From NCBI GenBank assembly GCA_041650335.1, contig JBAZLK010000002.1:41818-105817 (forward strand): a stretch of DNA of 64,000 nucleotides, in the 5' to 3' direction. This DNA comes from Patescibacteria group bacterium. GTDB lineage: Bacteria > Patescibacteriota > Patescibacteriia > JAHIZJ01. The notes under the pieces were generated by a model. The model was given only the letters and a program-made list of their open reading frames with translations, searched no databases and was not told the origin of the DNA. This document shows, piece by piece, positions 23,538 through 33,278 of this stretch (position 1 is the stretch's first letter; each line of letters starts with the position of its first letter). A program made the translations under genes and the position numbers.

Positions 23538-24272
23538 TTACTCGTGTTGTTCGAGGGTGGCTACTTTAAAGAACACCAGCGACAAGATGGCGAAGATAAA
23601 TCCCTGGACCAGCCCGACAAAGAGTTCCAGAAAATAAAACGGCAGCGGCACGACGTATGGGATTAAGCTCGAGATGATGACCAATAAAACTTCGCCGGCA
23701 AAGATATTGCCGAATAGCCGAAAAGAGAATGACACGATCGTCGCCAGCTGGTCGATGAATTCCAGTAATCCAATAATCGGATTTTTTATATTGATAAACC
23801 GTTTCCAGTATTTAAACACGCCGACCGCCAGGATGCCAAAGACCTGCGTCGCGATCACGGAAATAATCGCCAAGGCTAACGTGGTGTTCAGATCAGAGTT
23901 CACCGTCCGAAAGAACGGCACGAATACTTCCTGCCCGTGCTTCATCTCATTTAAGCCGATCGTGCCAAAGCCGGGAAAAATACCCAGCCAATTCGAGGTG
24001 ACCACAAATAGGAATATTGTTACCACCCACGGGAAAAACCGGATTGATTGCTTCCGATCCTGGGTGACGCCGTCCATCAGATTCAACCATATTTCAACAA
24101 TCCACTCGATCACGTTCTGAAGGCCGCGTGGCACCGCTTTTATTTTTTTTGCCCGAAGCGTCAATCCGACAATTACTAAAACCGCCACACTGATCCATGA
24201 GGCCAGCAGCGTGTTGGTGACGGGCAAGCTTCCAATTTCAAATACTTTTTCCGCTGCGAGTGAAATCTCCAT
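23538..24272 (-). CDS. atpB: ATP synthase subunit a
   Basis: SFSFRLFGNIFAGE, ELFVGLVQGFIF. Confidence 0.97.
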   Translation of the reverse strand: MEISLAAEKVFEIGSLPVTNTLLASWISVAVLVIVGLTLRAKKIKAVPRGLQNVIEWIVEIWLNLMDGVTQDRKQSIRFFPWVVTIFLFVVTSNWLGIFPGFGTIGLNEMKHGQEVFVPFFRTVNSDLNTTLALAIISVIATQVFGILAVGVFKYWKRFINIKNPIIGLLEFIDQLATIVSFSFRLFGNIFAGEVLLVIISSLIPYVVPLPFYFLELFVGLVQGFIFAILSLVFFKVATLEQHE

Positions 24273-24273
24273 G

Positions 24274-24561
24274 TTACTCCTTCGTGTCCTTCTTCTCTTC
24301 TTTCTTCGGTGGCGTTGAACGAGCCTGTTCGGCCATCACTTTTACCGCCTTGAAAAAAACTCCGAGGGTGGAAATAATAATCGAGAGCATGACGCCGGTG
24401 ATCAAAAACCACGGTTTCGTACCAAGCCAGCGGTCAACAAAGGCGCCGCCGAGCGCAAATATAACGAGCGGGATGGCTATTAAATATCCCAGCTCCCAGG
24501 CAAAGCGGAGCGCCGACCACGGTGCTGATTTTTTATTCTTGTCTGACTTCGGCTCGTCCAT
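24274..24561 (-). CDS. AtpZ/AtpI-family protein
   Basis: Two TM helices with G..VDRWLGTKPW; first gene of the atp operon; candidate promoter TTGATT-17-TAGAAT upstream. Confidence 0.88.
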   Translation of the reverse strand: MDEPKSDKNKKSAPWSALRFAWELGYLIAIPLVIFALGGAFVDRWLGTKPWFLITGVMLSIIISTLGVFFKAVKVMAEQARSTPPKKEEKKDTKE

Positions 24562-24909
24562 GTTTTCAAGGAAAAATAAAATTAAACCCACCGTTTTCGC
24601 AAGTATTCTACACGAAGACTAGCAACAAATCAAGGGTAACTACTAATAATGGCTAAAGTTAGCCAATATATTTTTAGCGACAGTTACACTTTATGAATAT
24701 TGAAAAAATAATCTGTGATTTTTTTATTACCGAATGTTTTCTACAATTAATTTTACTAATTTCGTCCACAATATTTTTCATACGTACTCACATCATTTTT
24801 TTTCAAAAAGAGGATAGCTCGCCGTTACGCTCCCATTGACAATGACGATTTTTTGCGCTATCATGTATATACTGTCTTTTAAAATCAAAACAAAAAATTT
24901 ATTGAACGC

Positions 24910-25038
24910 ATGGACACGCACGATTCAAACGAACAGCGCAAAGTCAAGCACAAAGGATCCGATTCCTTGTCAGAGCTCGAAGTTGCTTTGAAAAAATTTC
25001 GTCAAGCCAGACGTCAGCTACAACACGAGATTAAATAA
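24910..25038 (+). CDS. Putative 42-aa protein MDTHDSNEQRKVKHKGSDSLSELEVALKKFRQARRQLQHEIK
   Basis: Below the ORF-track cutoff; TTGACA-17-TATCAT at 24836-24864; U-rich tract after the stop. Confidence 0.5.
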   Translation: MDTHDSNEQRKVKHKGSDSLSELEVALKKFRQARRQLQHEIK

Positions 25039-25100
25039 AAAAGGTCTCTTCCGTTTATTGTCGAGCCCTTTTTATTTTTTCAATCGTTTAGGTCGCCTAG

Positions 25101-26120
25101 TTACTCTTCAGCTAACGGCTTTTCGATCTGGCTCATGTCATTGTTTCCCTTCTGGCCGGTTATCTTGTAGACATCCTTGTCGATTTTCTTAAATTCTTTC
25201 GTGGCCGTATTGTAGGTATTAACGGTCGTCGACAGCTGATTGCCGATCCGACGATGATACTCATAATAGGCCGTTAGATGTTTCGCCATTTGTTCAACAT
25301 TGGCTTGTATTTCTTTGGCCGATTCTTCGATTTGAAGGGCGCGCAAGCCCTGGAGCACCGTTTGCAGATAGGCAAAAAATGAGGTCGGCGAGACGATCAT
25401 GACCCGTTTATCGCGAAAGGCGTATTCGATTAAATCGCGGGTATTTACTTTAATGGCGCCGACTTGATTGACCAGTAAATCGTAATAGATCGCCTCAGCC
25501 GGAATAAACATGAACGCGAAGTCCATTGTCCCCTCTTCCGGACGGATGTATTTCGAGGTCTCATCAATTCGATTCTTGAGATCCTGTTTAAATATTTTTT
25601 CAAGATCAGCGCGTTGAATCGGATCCTTCGTCTGAAGAATGCGGTTATAATTCTCAAGTGAGAATTTTGAATCAATTGGGATGATCTTTTTTCCGACAAA
25701 CACGGCCGCATCGACAATATCGCCGTTCTTAAAACCATACTGGAGCTGATACGCTTTCGGCGGCAAAACGTTTTTCAAGACCGTTTCAAGATAATATTCC
25801 CCGAGAATGCCGCGTTGTTTCGGGTTTTGGAGAATATCCTGCAAATTTTGCAGCTGGTCGGCGAAGTCAATAACCTGCCTGGTTGTTTCCGTCACCCGGG
25901 TGAGCTCCCGATGGACATCGAGTAAGCGGTCCTGCACCACCTTCTGCATGCCCTGGATGTTCTGGTTCACCAGATACATCGGGTCGCGCATGGCATCCTG
26001 CTTTTCGCGTTGCTGTTGAAGTAATCGCCGCTGTTGTCCAGCCACGAGAATAATAACCGCCGTAAACCCGGCGATTAAACATGCAATAACGACGATAAAC
26101 CAAATGATATTTACTGTCAT
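25101..26120 (-). CDS. rmuC: DNA recombination protein RmuC
   Basis: N-terminal TM, RGILGE, PIDSKF, FAFMFIPAE, SPT. Confidence 0.93.
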   Translation of the reverse strand: MTVNIIWFIVVIACLIAGFTAVIILVAGQQRRLLQQQREKQDAMRDPMYLVNQNIQGMQKVVQDRLLDVHRELTRVTETTRQVIDFADQLQNLQDILQNPKQRGILGEYYLETVLKNVLPPKAYQLQYGFKNGDIVDAAVFVGKKIIPIDSKFSLENYNRILQTKDPIQRADLEKIFKQDLKNRIDETSKYIRPEEGTMDFAFMFIPAEAIYYDLLVNQVGAIKVNTRDLIEYAFRDKRVMIVSPTSFFAYLQTVLQGLRALQIEESAKEIQANVEQMAKHLTAYYEYHRRIGNQLSTTVNTYNTATKEFKKIDKDVYKITGQKGNNDMSQIEKPLAEE

Positions 26121-26280
26121 AGAGTTATTGTACCCTACCCTTTCCTCTTGGCAAGGCGTATCGAGTTATCCACAGTCTATTACCATGTAATCTTGCCTAA
26201 AACAAACAACTTCGCTATGATGAGTCATCAACGGAACTGCATCTATCCACGGAGGGTAGCGCTTCGCAGGAGGTAAGACG

Positions 26281-26634
26281 ATGGCGGGTTTGGGGGTACG
26301 GTCTTCTCCGTTGGTGGTCATGGGCTTCGTAGCCGTGACGGCAATCGTCGTTATCGGCGAGCAACTACACCAAAATCACACACCAACACTGATCCTTCTC
26401 AACGAACAGACCTACTGGATGAAGACGTCCGAAACGAACGTCTATGCCGATCTGAAAGCCGCCAGCAGATGGCTAGAGGAACATCAACTCGTACCGCGCG
26501 AAGTGATTATGGATCAACGCGATGTTGTTGCCCGTGTTACACGCGCACCTATTCCTCTCGACCTGAAGAACCGGTTGGTACTTGAAACCGGCATCATCTT
26601 TGACTGTTCGAAGTCGAAACCGCCCGATCCGTGA
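26281..26634 (+). CDS. Orphan protein with an N-terminal TM/signal segment
   Basis: SD AGGAGGT, promoter TTGCCT-17-TATGAT (26193-26221), hairpin plus U tract at the stop. Confidence 0.7.
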   Translation: MAGLGVRSSPLVVMGFVAVTAIVVIGEQLHQNHTPTLILLNEQTYWMKTSETNVYADLKAASRWLEEHQLVPREVIMDQRDVVARVTRAPIPLDLKNRLVLETGIIFDCSKSKPPDP

Positions 26635-26655
26635 CCCTGTCATTGGTTCGGGCTT

Positions 26656-27468
26656 TTATTTTTCGATCGTTGATACAGTTCTCAAATGGAAAAGTCGCTC
26701 GGCGTTTTTTGTTGTTTCGGCGACGACTACCTGATAAGGCATGTTTTTCAGTTCGGCAATTTTTTCAGCCACGTGCTTTACATAGACCGGTTCGTTTCGC
26801 TGTCGGCGATATGGGACCGGAGCCAAATACGGCGCATCCGTTTCGATGAGCATACGATCGATCGGCACGCGTTTAATTAAATCCAACAACCGCTCATCAT
26901 CGGTAAACGTGATAATCCCGGTAAAACCAAGATACAAACCGCGATCAAGAAATTGATCCGCGATCGTTTGGTCGCCAAGGAAGCAATGCACAACCCCGCC
27001 AGCCGGCAATTTTTCCGACTGCAATTCGGCTAACAGCTCGGCATAGGCATCCCGGCAATGAAAGATAACCGGCAACTTCCGTCGGTCCGCCAACCCAAGA
27101 AAAAAATGAAGGATTGTTTTTTGGTAGGTTTTAAATTCTTCCTTCGACTGGGCCGTTCCGTCCGGCAAACGATAATAATCCAACCCAACCTCGCCGATGG
27201 CGACGATTTGGGCGGAGTATTTTTCAGTAAGCTCATTAAAGGCCTGCTCTTGAAATTCTATTTCGGCCGCATGGGATGGGTGAAAACCGACGGCTGCGTA
27301 CATCTGTCCGGGATATTGTTGCGCTAACTCAATCGCTGTCATACTCGTCTGATATTGTGAGCCGACATTAATAACCCGCAGCTTCGCTTGAAGACAGCGG
27401 TTTATTACGTCCGTGCGGTCCTGACGATAGGCACGGAAATTTAAATGCGCGTGGGTATCGATGAGCAT
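26656..27468 (-). CDS. tatD: TatD-family hydrolase/nuclease
   Basis: IDTHAH, GFHP, GEVGLDY, HCR, HCF, ETDAPY. Confidence 0.95.
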   Translation of the reverse strand: MLIDTHAHLNFRAYRQDRTDVINRCLQAKLRVINVGSQYQTSMTAIELAQQYPGQMYAAVGFHPSHAAEIEFQEQAFNELTEKYSAQIVAIGEVGLDYYRLPDGTAQSKEEFKTYQKTILHFFLGLADRRKLPVIFHCRDAYAELLAELQSEKLPAGGVVHCFLGDQTIADQFLDRGLYLGFTGIITFTDDERLLDLIKRVPIDRMLIETDAPYLAPVPYRRQRNEPVYVKHVAEKIAELKNMPYQVVVAETTKNAERLFHLRTVSTIEK

Positions 27469-27980
27469 TAGAATAGTCCAGGCAGCACCCGAAACGAATC
27501 GGGTAAAATGAAGCCGAGGAGATTGGCCGTACCCAGCATGAGTTGGGCGAGGTCAGAGCGGGACAACTGTTCGGCTAAGCTCGGCTGATGAAGAAATTGA
27601 TCGGCCACCATTAGCACGATGCCGATGACAAATAACCCTTCGACAAAACCGAGGATGGCGCCGCCGAACCGATTCAGCAGGGTGAAGAACGGCACGTGTT
27701 TTAATATTTGCAATGCCCGCGCCAAGAACCAAAAAACGATCCCTACCAAGTGGGTCGTCAGCAGGAATATCAGGACAAAGCCAATCAAGTTGGCGACCGC
27801 TTCCCGACCAAGAAATAACGGCGTAATCCAACTGCCAATCCCTTCATAATACCGACTGGCTAAATAGTAGCCAAAACCAAGGCCGATGATTGAACCAAGC
27901 GACTGGAACAAGCCAGTCATAAAACCCAGCACAATGAAACCGCCAAGGAAAATCAATAAAATAAGATCGATAATTGGCAT
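27468..27980 (-). CDS. CvpA-family membrane protein
   Basis: IDLILL...GF..G, LNRFGGAILG; 4 TM. Confidence 0.85.
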   Translation of the reverse strand: MPIIDLILLIFLGGFIVLGFMTGLFQSLGSIIGLGFGYYLASRYYEGIGSWITPLFLGREAVANLIGFVLIFLLTTHLVGIVFWFLARALQILKHVPFFTLLNRFGGAILGFVEGLFVIGIVLMVADQFLHQPSLAEQLSRSDLAQLMLGTANLLGFILPDSFRVLPGLF

Positions 27981-28027
27981 ATTCTGATATTACTATATCA
28001 CAACAATGAATTTGTCGGAATGCTGGT

Positions 28028-28903
28028 TTATCGGACGAAATACCAGGTGAGATAACTCGTCACGTCGGTCAGGCCAGCTTCACCGGTTACCGTGGCAGCG
28101 TTAGAGCTCTCCAAAAGAACGCCAGTCTTCGTACCCCGCCTCTCAACATATTCCAGTAGAGTCAAAATAGCCGGTTTTGAATCGACATACATATCAGTGA
28201 CGCTGGCCATATCGCGATTCTGCAAAACAGCGATATTTATTTCCGCCTGCGTGTCGGCCACCGCTGGCGTTACTTCATGCGAAAAATCCACGCTGGCGAG
28301 AACGAGAGCGTCGTCTGGCAGCGTTGCGTCTAACGTCTCAGCCAATCGTTTCGCGTCTTCGGCGGTCACGGTGTTTTTTAGCACAATCGGCACAAATGTC
28401 GTCCGAGGAAAAGATTTTTGGATAAATGACACCTCTGCCGAGATCGAGTGTTCTTTTTCAAACACCCGCTCGTCAATCTTTACCAAATCTTCTTTTGACA
28501 AGGTGTCGATAATTGCTTCGGCTGGCTGGAGCGTGCCATAAGGCGTCGACCATTCTCCTTTTGACGAGATGATTGGCCCGCTCCCGGTATTAAAGTGATT
28601 TGGTCCGATCACGACGACCACGCTTGGCGTTTGGTTGCTCAACCCGAGAAAAAACCTGGCAATCAGATGAGAGGCCAGCAAATGATGCGGAATAATTCCA
28701 GCCACAGCAAAATCAACCGATTCGTTCGGTTTTTCATTCTGATATGCCTGGTCAAAAAACTCCCGGTCCATAAAGAACGATCGGTGAACAACGCGGTCGT
28801 TAATCAACCCGGAGTTTGTTGACAGAGAGGTTGTATTTTCCGGCTTCGTGCCGCAGCCAGCGAGAAAAATCGCCACCGCGCACAAAACCAGTATTTTTCT
28901 CAT
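28028..28903 (-). CDS. MEMO1/AmmeMemoRadiSam protein B-family protein with a lipoprotein signal
   Basis: IIPHH, GPNH, EHS, SVDFSH; N-terminus MRKILVLCAVAIFLAGC. Confidence 0.85.
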   Translation of the reverse strand: MRKILVLCAVAIFLAGCGTKPENTTSLSTNSGLINDRVVHRSFFMDREFFDQAYQNEKPNESVDFAVAGIIPHHLLASHLIARFFLGLSNQTPSVVVVIGPNHFNTGSGPIISSKGEWSTPYGTLQPAEAIIDTLSKEDLVKIDERVFEKEHSISAEVSFIQKSFPRTTFVPIVLKNTVTAEDAKRLAETLDATLPDDALVLASVDFSHEVTPAVADTQAEINIAVLQNRDMASVTDMYVDSKPAILTLLEYVERRGTKTGVLLESSNAATVTGEAGLTDVTSYLTWYFVR

Positions 28904-28904
28904 A

Positions 28905-31190
28905 CTAGCGGTGTAAGGCCCCGCCCCACTCAACGACAGTGAAACCATGCCGGACTGGCGTTTCGAGTTTTTGCGGTGTAACGGTAATCCGGGTGTCGAG
29001 CGGTTTATAATCCATGAACACGCGGATTACTTGGTCTGGTTTTGGGATTACGGTCAGCGGTGCCAGCTGATCGAAAACGGCCTGATTGATGAATGTCACG
29101 AACACATACGGCTTTATTTCCAGCTTTGGCTGCCAGAATTCTATAAACTCAGCGCTTTCCTTCTCGTTTAATCCAAGAATAACCAGTTTTTCTTTTAGAA
29201 ATTGGCCAACCTCGGATCGGGCAATAACAAAACCTCGATTCGGTATTTCATAGTTTAAGCCCACGCCCTCCCAGAACAGATAGGGGTATTCATCGCCATT
29301 TGCTGTTTTTAACTGCCCGTCTGGTCGCGCGATCACTGCCCAGCCGTCGGCTGGATAGGCCGGCTCAGTCAGGGTAAATCCCCCGGTCGGGCTAACCTTC
29401 ACGTTGACCGGCGTTTCTTTTTCCGGATAGAGATAGATAACCGGTTTGCCGCATTCGGCGGCTGGTACGTATGTAGCTTTCTTGAACCGCAGCCACATGC
29501 CGAATGGATCCTGCCAGAAAAACACCGGGTGATCGGCCGCAAACGCGTCGTAGCTGGGTTTTGTTTCCTCGATCGGCACATAGAAACTGTCATACACCTC
29601 TTTCAAAGCTGGGTTATTTTTGTCCGCAAATTCATAGACGGCATCGCCGGTGGACGTCCGGCCCGTGGCCACGAGCGCTGACTGTCCGCCCAGATCAGCC
29701 AGTGTTGTCAGGGCGTGGCAGAACATCGTACCGCACCCGCCCGTCGGATCGTTATAGGTGTAATCTTCCGATATCCGTGTGCCGTCGTTCCACCGCACAT
29801 CTGGCCGGAAGCTGGTCGCCCCGAAATACGGATTTTCCGCGGTTGGTGTGCTGGTGGCAAAGTCGAGTTTGTAGATGTATTTCTTGGCCGTGCCGTCCTT
29901 TTGTCTGACTATGAAACACTTTTCATTCGTATCAAACGACACGTCGCCGACAGTCGCGTTTGTGAACTTCTTTTCCAGGGTGGAATAATCGGTATACATT
30001 TTATTCGGATCAAAAGCCGTAGCGAGGAGTTTGGTAGAAGAGTCTGGAATCGCGATTTCGGCCGGCACGGTGAAGCCACTAAGCGTCGCCTGCGTGTCAT
30101 ATTGGAACGGAAATCCGACTTGTTGCAGATCGTCGGAGTATTTCTCGAGATAGACAAAGCTGGCGGTGTCCGGGTTATAGGCCACCCGATAAAGATTTTT
30201 CTGAAACGCCGGACCCATAGGCAATTCAAGAATTACGACGAGTGCCTGGCCGGCATACGGGCGGGTATTAATCGTGCCGACCTGATAATACTGACGGCTG
30301 CTGAAATAATCGCCGTATTGATCACCGGGGTTTTTTGCGTTTTCTATCAGATTCAGCTCGACCGGCGCCGTCAGCCATGAAACCGACAAATCGCTCCCTT
30401 CGTTCGCCACTTTCGCCTTCGCTGTCGGGTTGATGATTTCCGTATATGGCTTCGGATCAATGAATGCAAAGCTATCCAGAATGTCGTTGACGAGAGCCGT
30501 GTTTTTTTCCAACACGGTCTGGGGTGCATTCAGCGTGATTTGATAGACGCGTTGTCCCCGCGCGATATAGCCGTAGGCCACTTGATAAGCCAAATTAACA
30601 TCGGTATTGTTGGGCGTAGTCCGAATGAATGATTTCATGCCATTGTCTCGTGTCTCGATCTCGCCGTAGCTGTCGCCCTGACGTTCGGAACGCATGGCTG
30701 CCAGCTTCTTGTTCAACCAAACCTCGAAGCTTGGATCGCCGTTATTGTAATAAGTAATCCACATAGGAAATATATAGCCGGCGGGTGCGTCGACCGATAC
30801 GAGCGAATCTTCTTCATTGATTCCCTGTGTCACCGGGCCGCCTGTCCAGTCCGACGGTACGGATATCTCGAAACCGTGATTATACAGCTGATATGTAATT
30901 GTTCGCATGTTAGAGACCGGGATAACAACATTTGTGTTCGTATTGGCATTCAGGTTGGCGTTGGCGTTTGTCAGGCTATTTGTATTTGCGTTCGCATTCA
31001 CATTTGCGTTCGCATTTGTATTATTACCAGAATTTAGGGTCGTGCTTGTGCCCTTATCCGTGTCGCACTGGGTATAAAAATACGCGCCAATAACAAGACC
31101 GGCGGCAACAATAATCGTCAGAAGAAACCAAAGTGCCGGCAGACTTTTTTTTGACTGTCCGTCGTTGTTTTTTGCGATTGGCTTGGCCAT
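28905..31190 (-). CDS. Large membrane-anchored surface protein with an Asn-rich linker and a C-terminal KPVIYLYP domain
   Basis: N-terminal TM; (N-x)n tract; KPVIYLYP...YLFWEG...VVEWGG. Confidence 0.88.
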   Translation of the reverse strand: MAKPIAKNNDGQSKKSLPALWFLLTIIVAAGLVIGAYFYTQCDTDKGTSTTLNSGNNTNANANVNANANTNSLTNANANLNANTNTNVVIPVSNMRTITYQLYNHGFEISVPSDWTGGPVTQGINEEDSLVSVDAPAGYIFPMWITYYNNGDPSFEVWLNKKLAAMRSERQGDSYGEIETRDNGMKSFIRTTPNNTDVNLAYQVAYGYIARGQRVYQITLNAPQTVLEKNTALVNDILDSFAFIDPKPYTEIINPTAKAKVANEGSDLSVSWLTAPVELNLIENAKNPGDQYGDYFSSRQYYQVGTINTRPYAGQALVVILELPMGPAFQKNLYRVAYNPDTASFVYLEKYSDDLQQVGFPFQYDTQATLSGFTVPAEIAIPDSSTKLLATAFDPNKMYTDYSTLEKKFTNATVGDVSFDTNEKCFIVRQKDGTAKKYIYKLDFATSTPTAENPYFGATSFRPDVRWNDGTRISEDYTYNDPTGGCGTMFCHALTTLADLGGQSALVATGRTSTGDAVYEFADKNNPALKEVYDSFYVPIEETKPSYDAFAADHPVFFWQDPFGMWLRFKKATYVPAAECGKPVIYLYPEKETPVNVKVSPTGGFTLTEPAYPADGWAVIARPDGQLKTANGDEYPYLFWEGVGLNYEIPNRGFVIARSEVGQFLKEKLVILGLNEKESAEFIEFWQPKLEIKPYVFVTFINQAVFDQLAPLTVIPKPDQVIRVFMDYKPLDTRITVTPQKLETPVRHGFTVVEWGGALHR
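30929..31026 (-). repeat. Coding low-complexity Asn-X repeat
   Basis: Encodes NNTNANANVNANANTNSLTNANANLNANTNTNV; boundaries approximate. Confidence 0.75.
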
Positions 31191-31213
31191 AGTATTTTTC
31201 TAGTAATAAAATA

Positions 31214-32641
31214 TTATTTTCGAGGAAACAGCGACTCTGCTTTTTTTATCGTCGGTCCGGAAAATTGCCTCAAAATGCTCTGGCTGGCGAGCGGCATAAA
31301 CGGATCGAGCAAATCCGCGATAACGCGAATCTGGTCAACAGTTTTGCGTAGCACCTCTATCCGGCGTTCACTTTCTTCGGCGGGTATTTTCCACGGCGCC
31401 TGCTCATCGAGAAATTTATTGGCTGCATAGATCAACCCGAAGATTTCCTTCAGCGCATTATCAAATTGGAGCAGTTCCAAATGTTTTTTCACTTTTTCTT
31501 TAACAGCCTTGCCGGATTCCACCGTCGCCGCTGATATCTCGACGGAATACTTCTCGCACAAAGTAGCGGTCCGGCTGACCAAATTGCCTAAGCTGTTCGC
31601 CAGATGCGCGTTATATTGTTCGGTAAACAGGTCTTTTTTTATATCGCCGTCCTGGCCAAAGGGAAATTGCGACAATAATAAATATCGGGCCGCATCCGAG
31701 CCATACGTCTCAACGAGCGTATTTGGATCGATGACATTCCCGATCGTTTTGCTCATCTTCTGCTTATTGATCGTGAAAAATCCGTGCGCGAAAATCTGTT
31801 TCGGCACCGGTTCGCCGGCGGCCAGCAAGAGCGCCGGCCAATAGACGGCGTGGAATTTAATGATATCCTTGGCCATAAGGTGGACGTCAGCCGGCCACCA
31901 GCTCTGGTAGGTGTCGCTGGCCGTGCCATATCCGATGGCGGAGATATAATTCTGGAGCGCTTCCACCCAAACGTAGCAATTGTGCTTGGGATCGAACGGC
32001 AACGGTATCCCCCACCGGACTTTTTCCCGCGAGACCGAAAAGTCCTGAAGCCCTTGTTTGAATAGTCCGAGCACTTCTTTTTTCCGCTCGATTGGACGGA
32101 TCAATATTTCATCCCGCTCAATCAACGCCTGAACGTCGGGGAGATATTTATTGAGTTTAAAAAAGTAGTTACGTTCCTTGATTAGTTTCAGCTTCACAAG
32201 GTGGTCGGGGCACTTTCCGTCCACCAGTTCCTTCTCAGTGTAAAAACGTTCACAGGCAACGCAATACAGTCCTTCATAGACGCCTTCGTAGAGGGCGCCG
32301 ACGTCCATGAGTTTCTGCATGAATATTTGGACCGCCTCAACATGCCGTTCCTCGGTGGTTCTGATAAAATCGTCATATTTAATGTTACAATTCCGCCACG
32401 ATAGGATAAACAGCTCGGACATTTCGTCGACGAACTCCTTCGGTGTTTGGCCGGCTTTTTTTGCGCTTTCGGCCACTTTGGCTCCATGCTCGTCAGTACC
32501 GGTCAAGAAAAAGACTTTTTCGCCGAGTTTCCGATGAAACCGCGCCAAAACATCAGCCGCAATCGTCGTGTAGGCATGGCCAATGTGGGGACGGTCGTTG
32601 ACGTAATAGATGGGGGTTGTGATATAGAATTTTTTTGCCAT
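31214..32641 (-). CDS. metG: Methionine-tRNA ligase (short monomeric form)
   Basis: YYVN..PHIGH, GTDEHG, CVACE, KMSKT. Confidence 0.97.
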   Translation of the reverse strand: MAKKFYITTPIYYVNDRPHIGHAYTTIAADVLARFHRKLGEKVFFLTGTDEHGAKVAESAKKAGQTPKEFVDEMSELFILSWRNCNIKYDDFIRTTEERHVEAVQIFMQKLMDVGALYEGVYEGLYCVACERFYTEKELVDGKCPDHLVKLKLIKERNYFFKLNKYLPDVQALIERDEILIRPIERKKEVLGLFKQGLQDFSVSREKVRWGIPLPFDPKHNCYVWVEALQNYISAIGYGTASDTYQSWWPADVHLMAKDIIKFHAVYWPALLLAAGEPVPKQIFAHGFFTINKQKMSKTIGNVIDPNTLVETYGSDAARYLLLSQFPFGQDGDIKKDLFTEQYNAHLANSLGNLVSRTATLCEKYSVEISAATVESGKAVKEKVKKHLELLQFDNALKEIFGLIYAANKFLDEQAPWKIPAEESERRIEVLRKTVDQIRVIADLLDPFMPLASQSILRQFSGPTIKKAESLFPRK

Positions 32642-32717
32642 AGTATTGGTTAATAAATCACCTCGTCCCGCTTATATTTTTTTACTTAGAGCAAAAGATT
32701 TTCCGTTCGAACACGTT

Positions 32718-33278
32718 TTATAACGTAATGAATCTACCGTCAATTTTTTCCTTCAACAACACTATGGCGAGCGCCGAGCCCATGGCCACGATAGTGTTAT
32801 CCCTCGCCATCTCAACTGCCTTATCGAAATCCACCAGCACAACCTTGATGTCTTCCTGGACGTCGTCGTCTTCATCGTAGCGACGGTTTGCTATCGCCAC
32901 GTTCCGCGCAAAATACATATGTATTTTGCGGTTAAGCTGGCCATATGTCTCGTAAAAAGCGCCAAGTTTTATCAATGATGAACAGGCAAAGCCGGTCTCC
33001 TCTTCAAACTCTCTTTGAGCCCCCTTTTCAATTGTTTCAGTGTTTTTTTTATAGCCCGATGGAAATTCGATCACCTCATCGTCGACCATATATCGGTATT
33101 GGCGGATCATGACCAATTTTTTTTCTTTAGTCATGCCGATAACCATGGCTGAATCCGGGCTGTCCCAGTAAATCCAATCTCTCTTTTCGCCGTTTGGCAA
33201 CTGAACTAAATCCTTCTTCACTTTAAAATACTTAGTGTCAAGGGCCACTTCAGATTTTAAACATTTCCACCTTCTCAT
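32718..33278 (-). CDS. NUDIX hydrolase (ADP-ribose pyrophosphatase-like)
   Basis: RQYRY, Nudix box G..KNTETIEKGAQREFEEETG. Confidence 0.9.
   Translation of the reverse strand: MRRWKCLKSEVALDTKYFKVKKDLVQLPNGEKRDWIYWDSPDSAMVIGMTKEKKLVMIRQYRYMVDDEVIEFPSGYKKNTETIEKGAQREFEEETGFACSSLIKLGAFYETYGQLNRKIHMYFARNVAIANRRYDEDDDVQEDIKVVLVDFDKAVEMARDNTIVAMGSALAIVLLKEKIDGRFITL

Noticed and set aside
24650-24905. Replication origin in the AT-rich spacer
   Set aside because: No cluster of good DnaA boxes, no dnaA/dnaN nearby, and no switch in dominant gene orientation.
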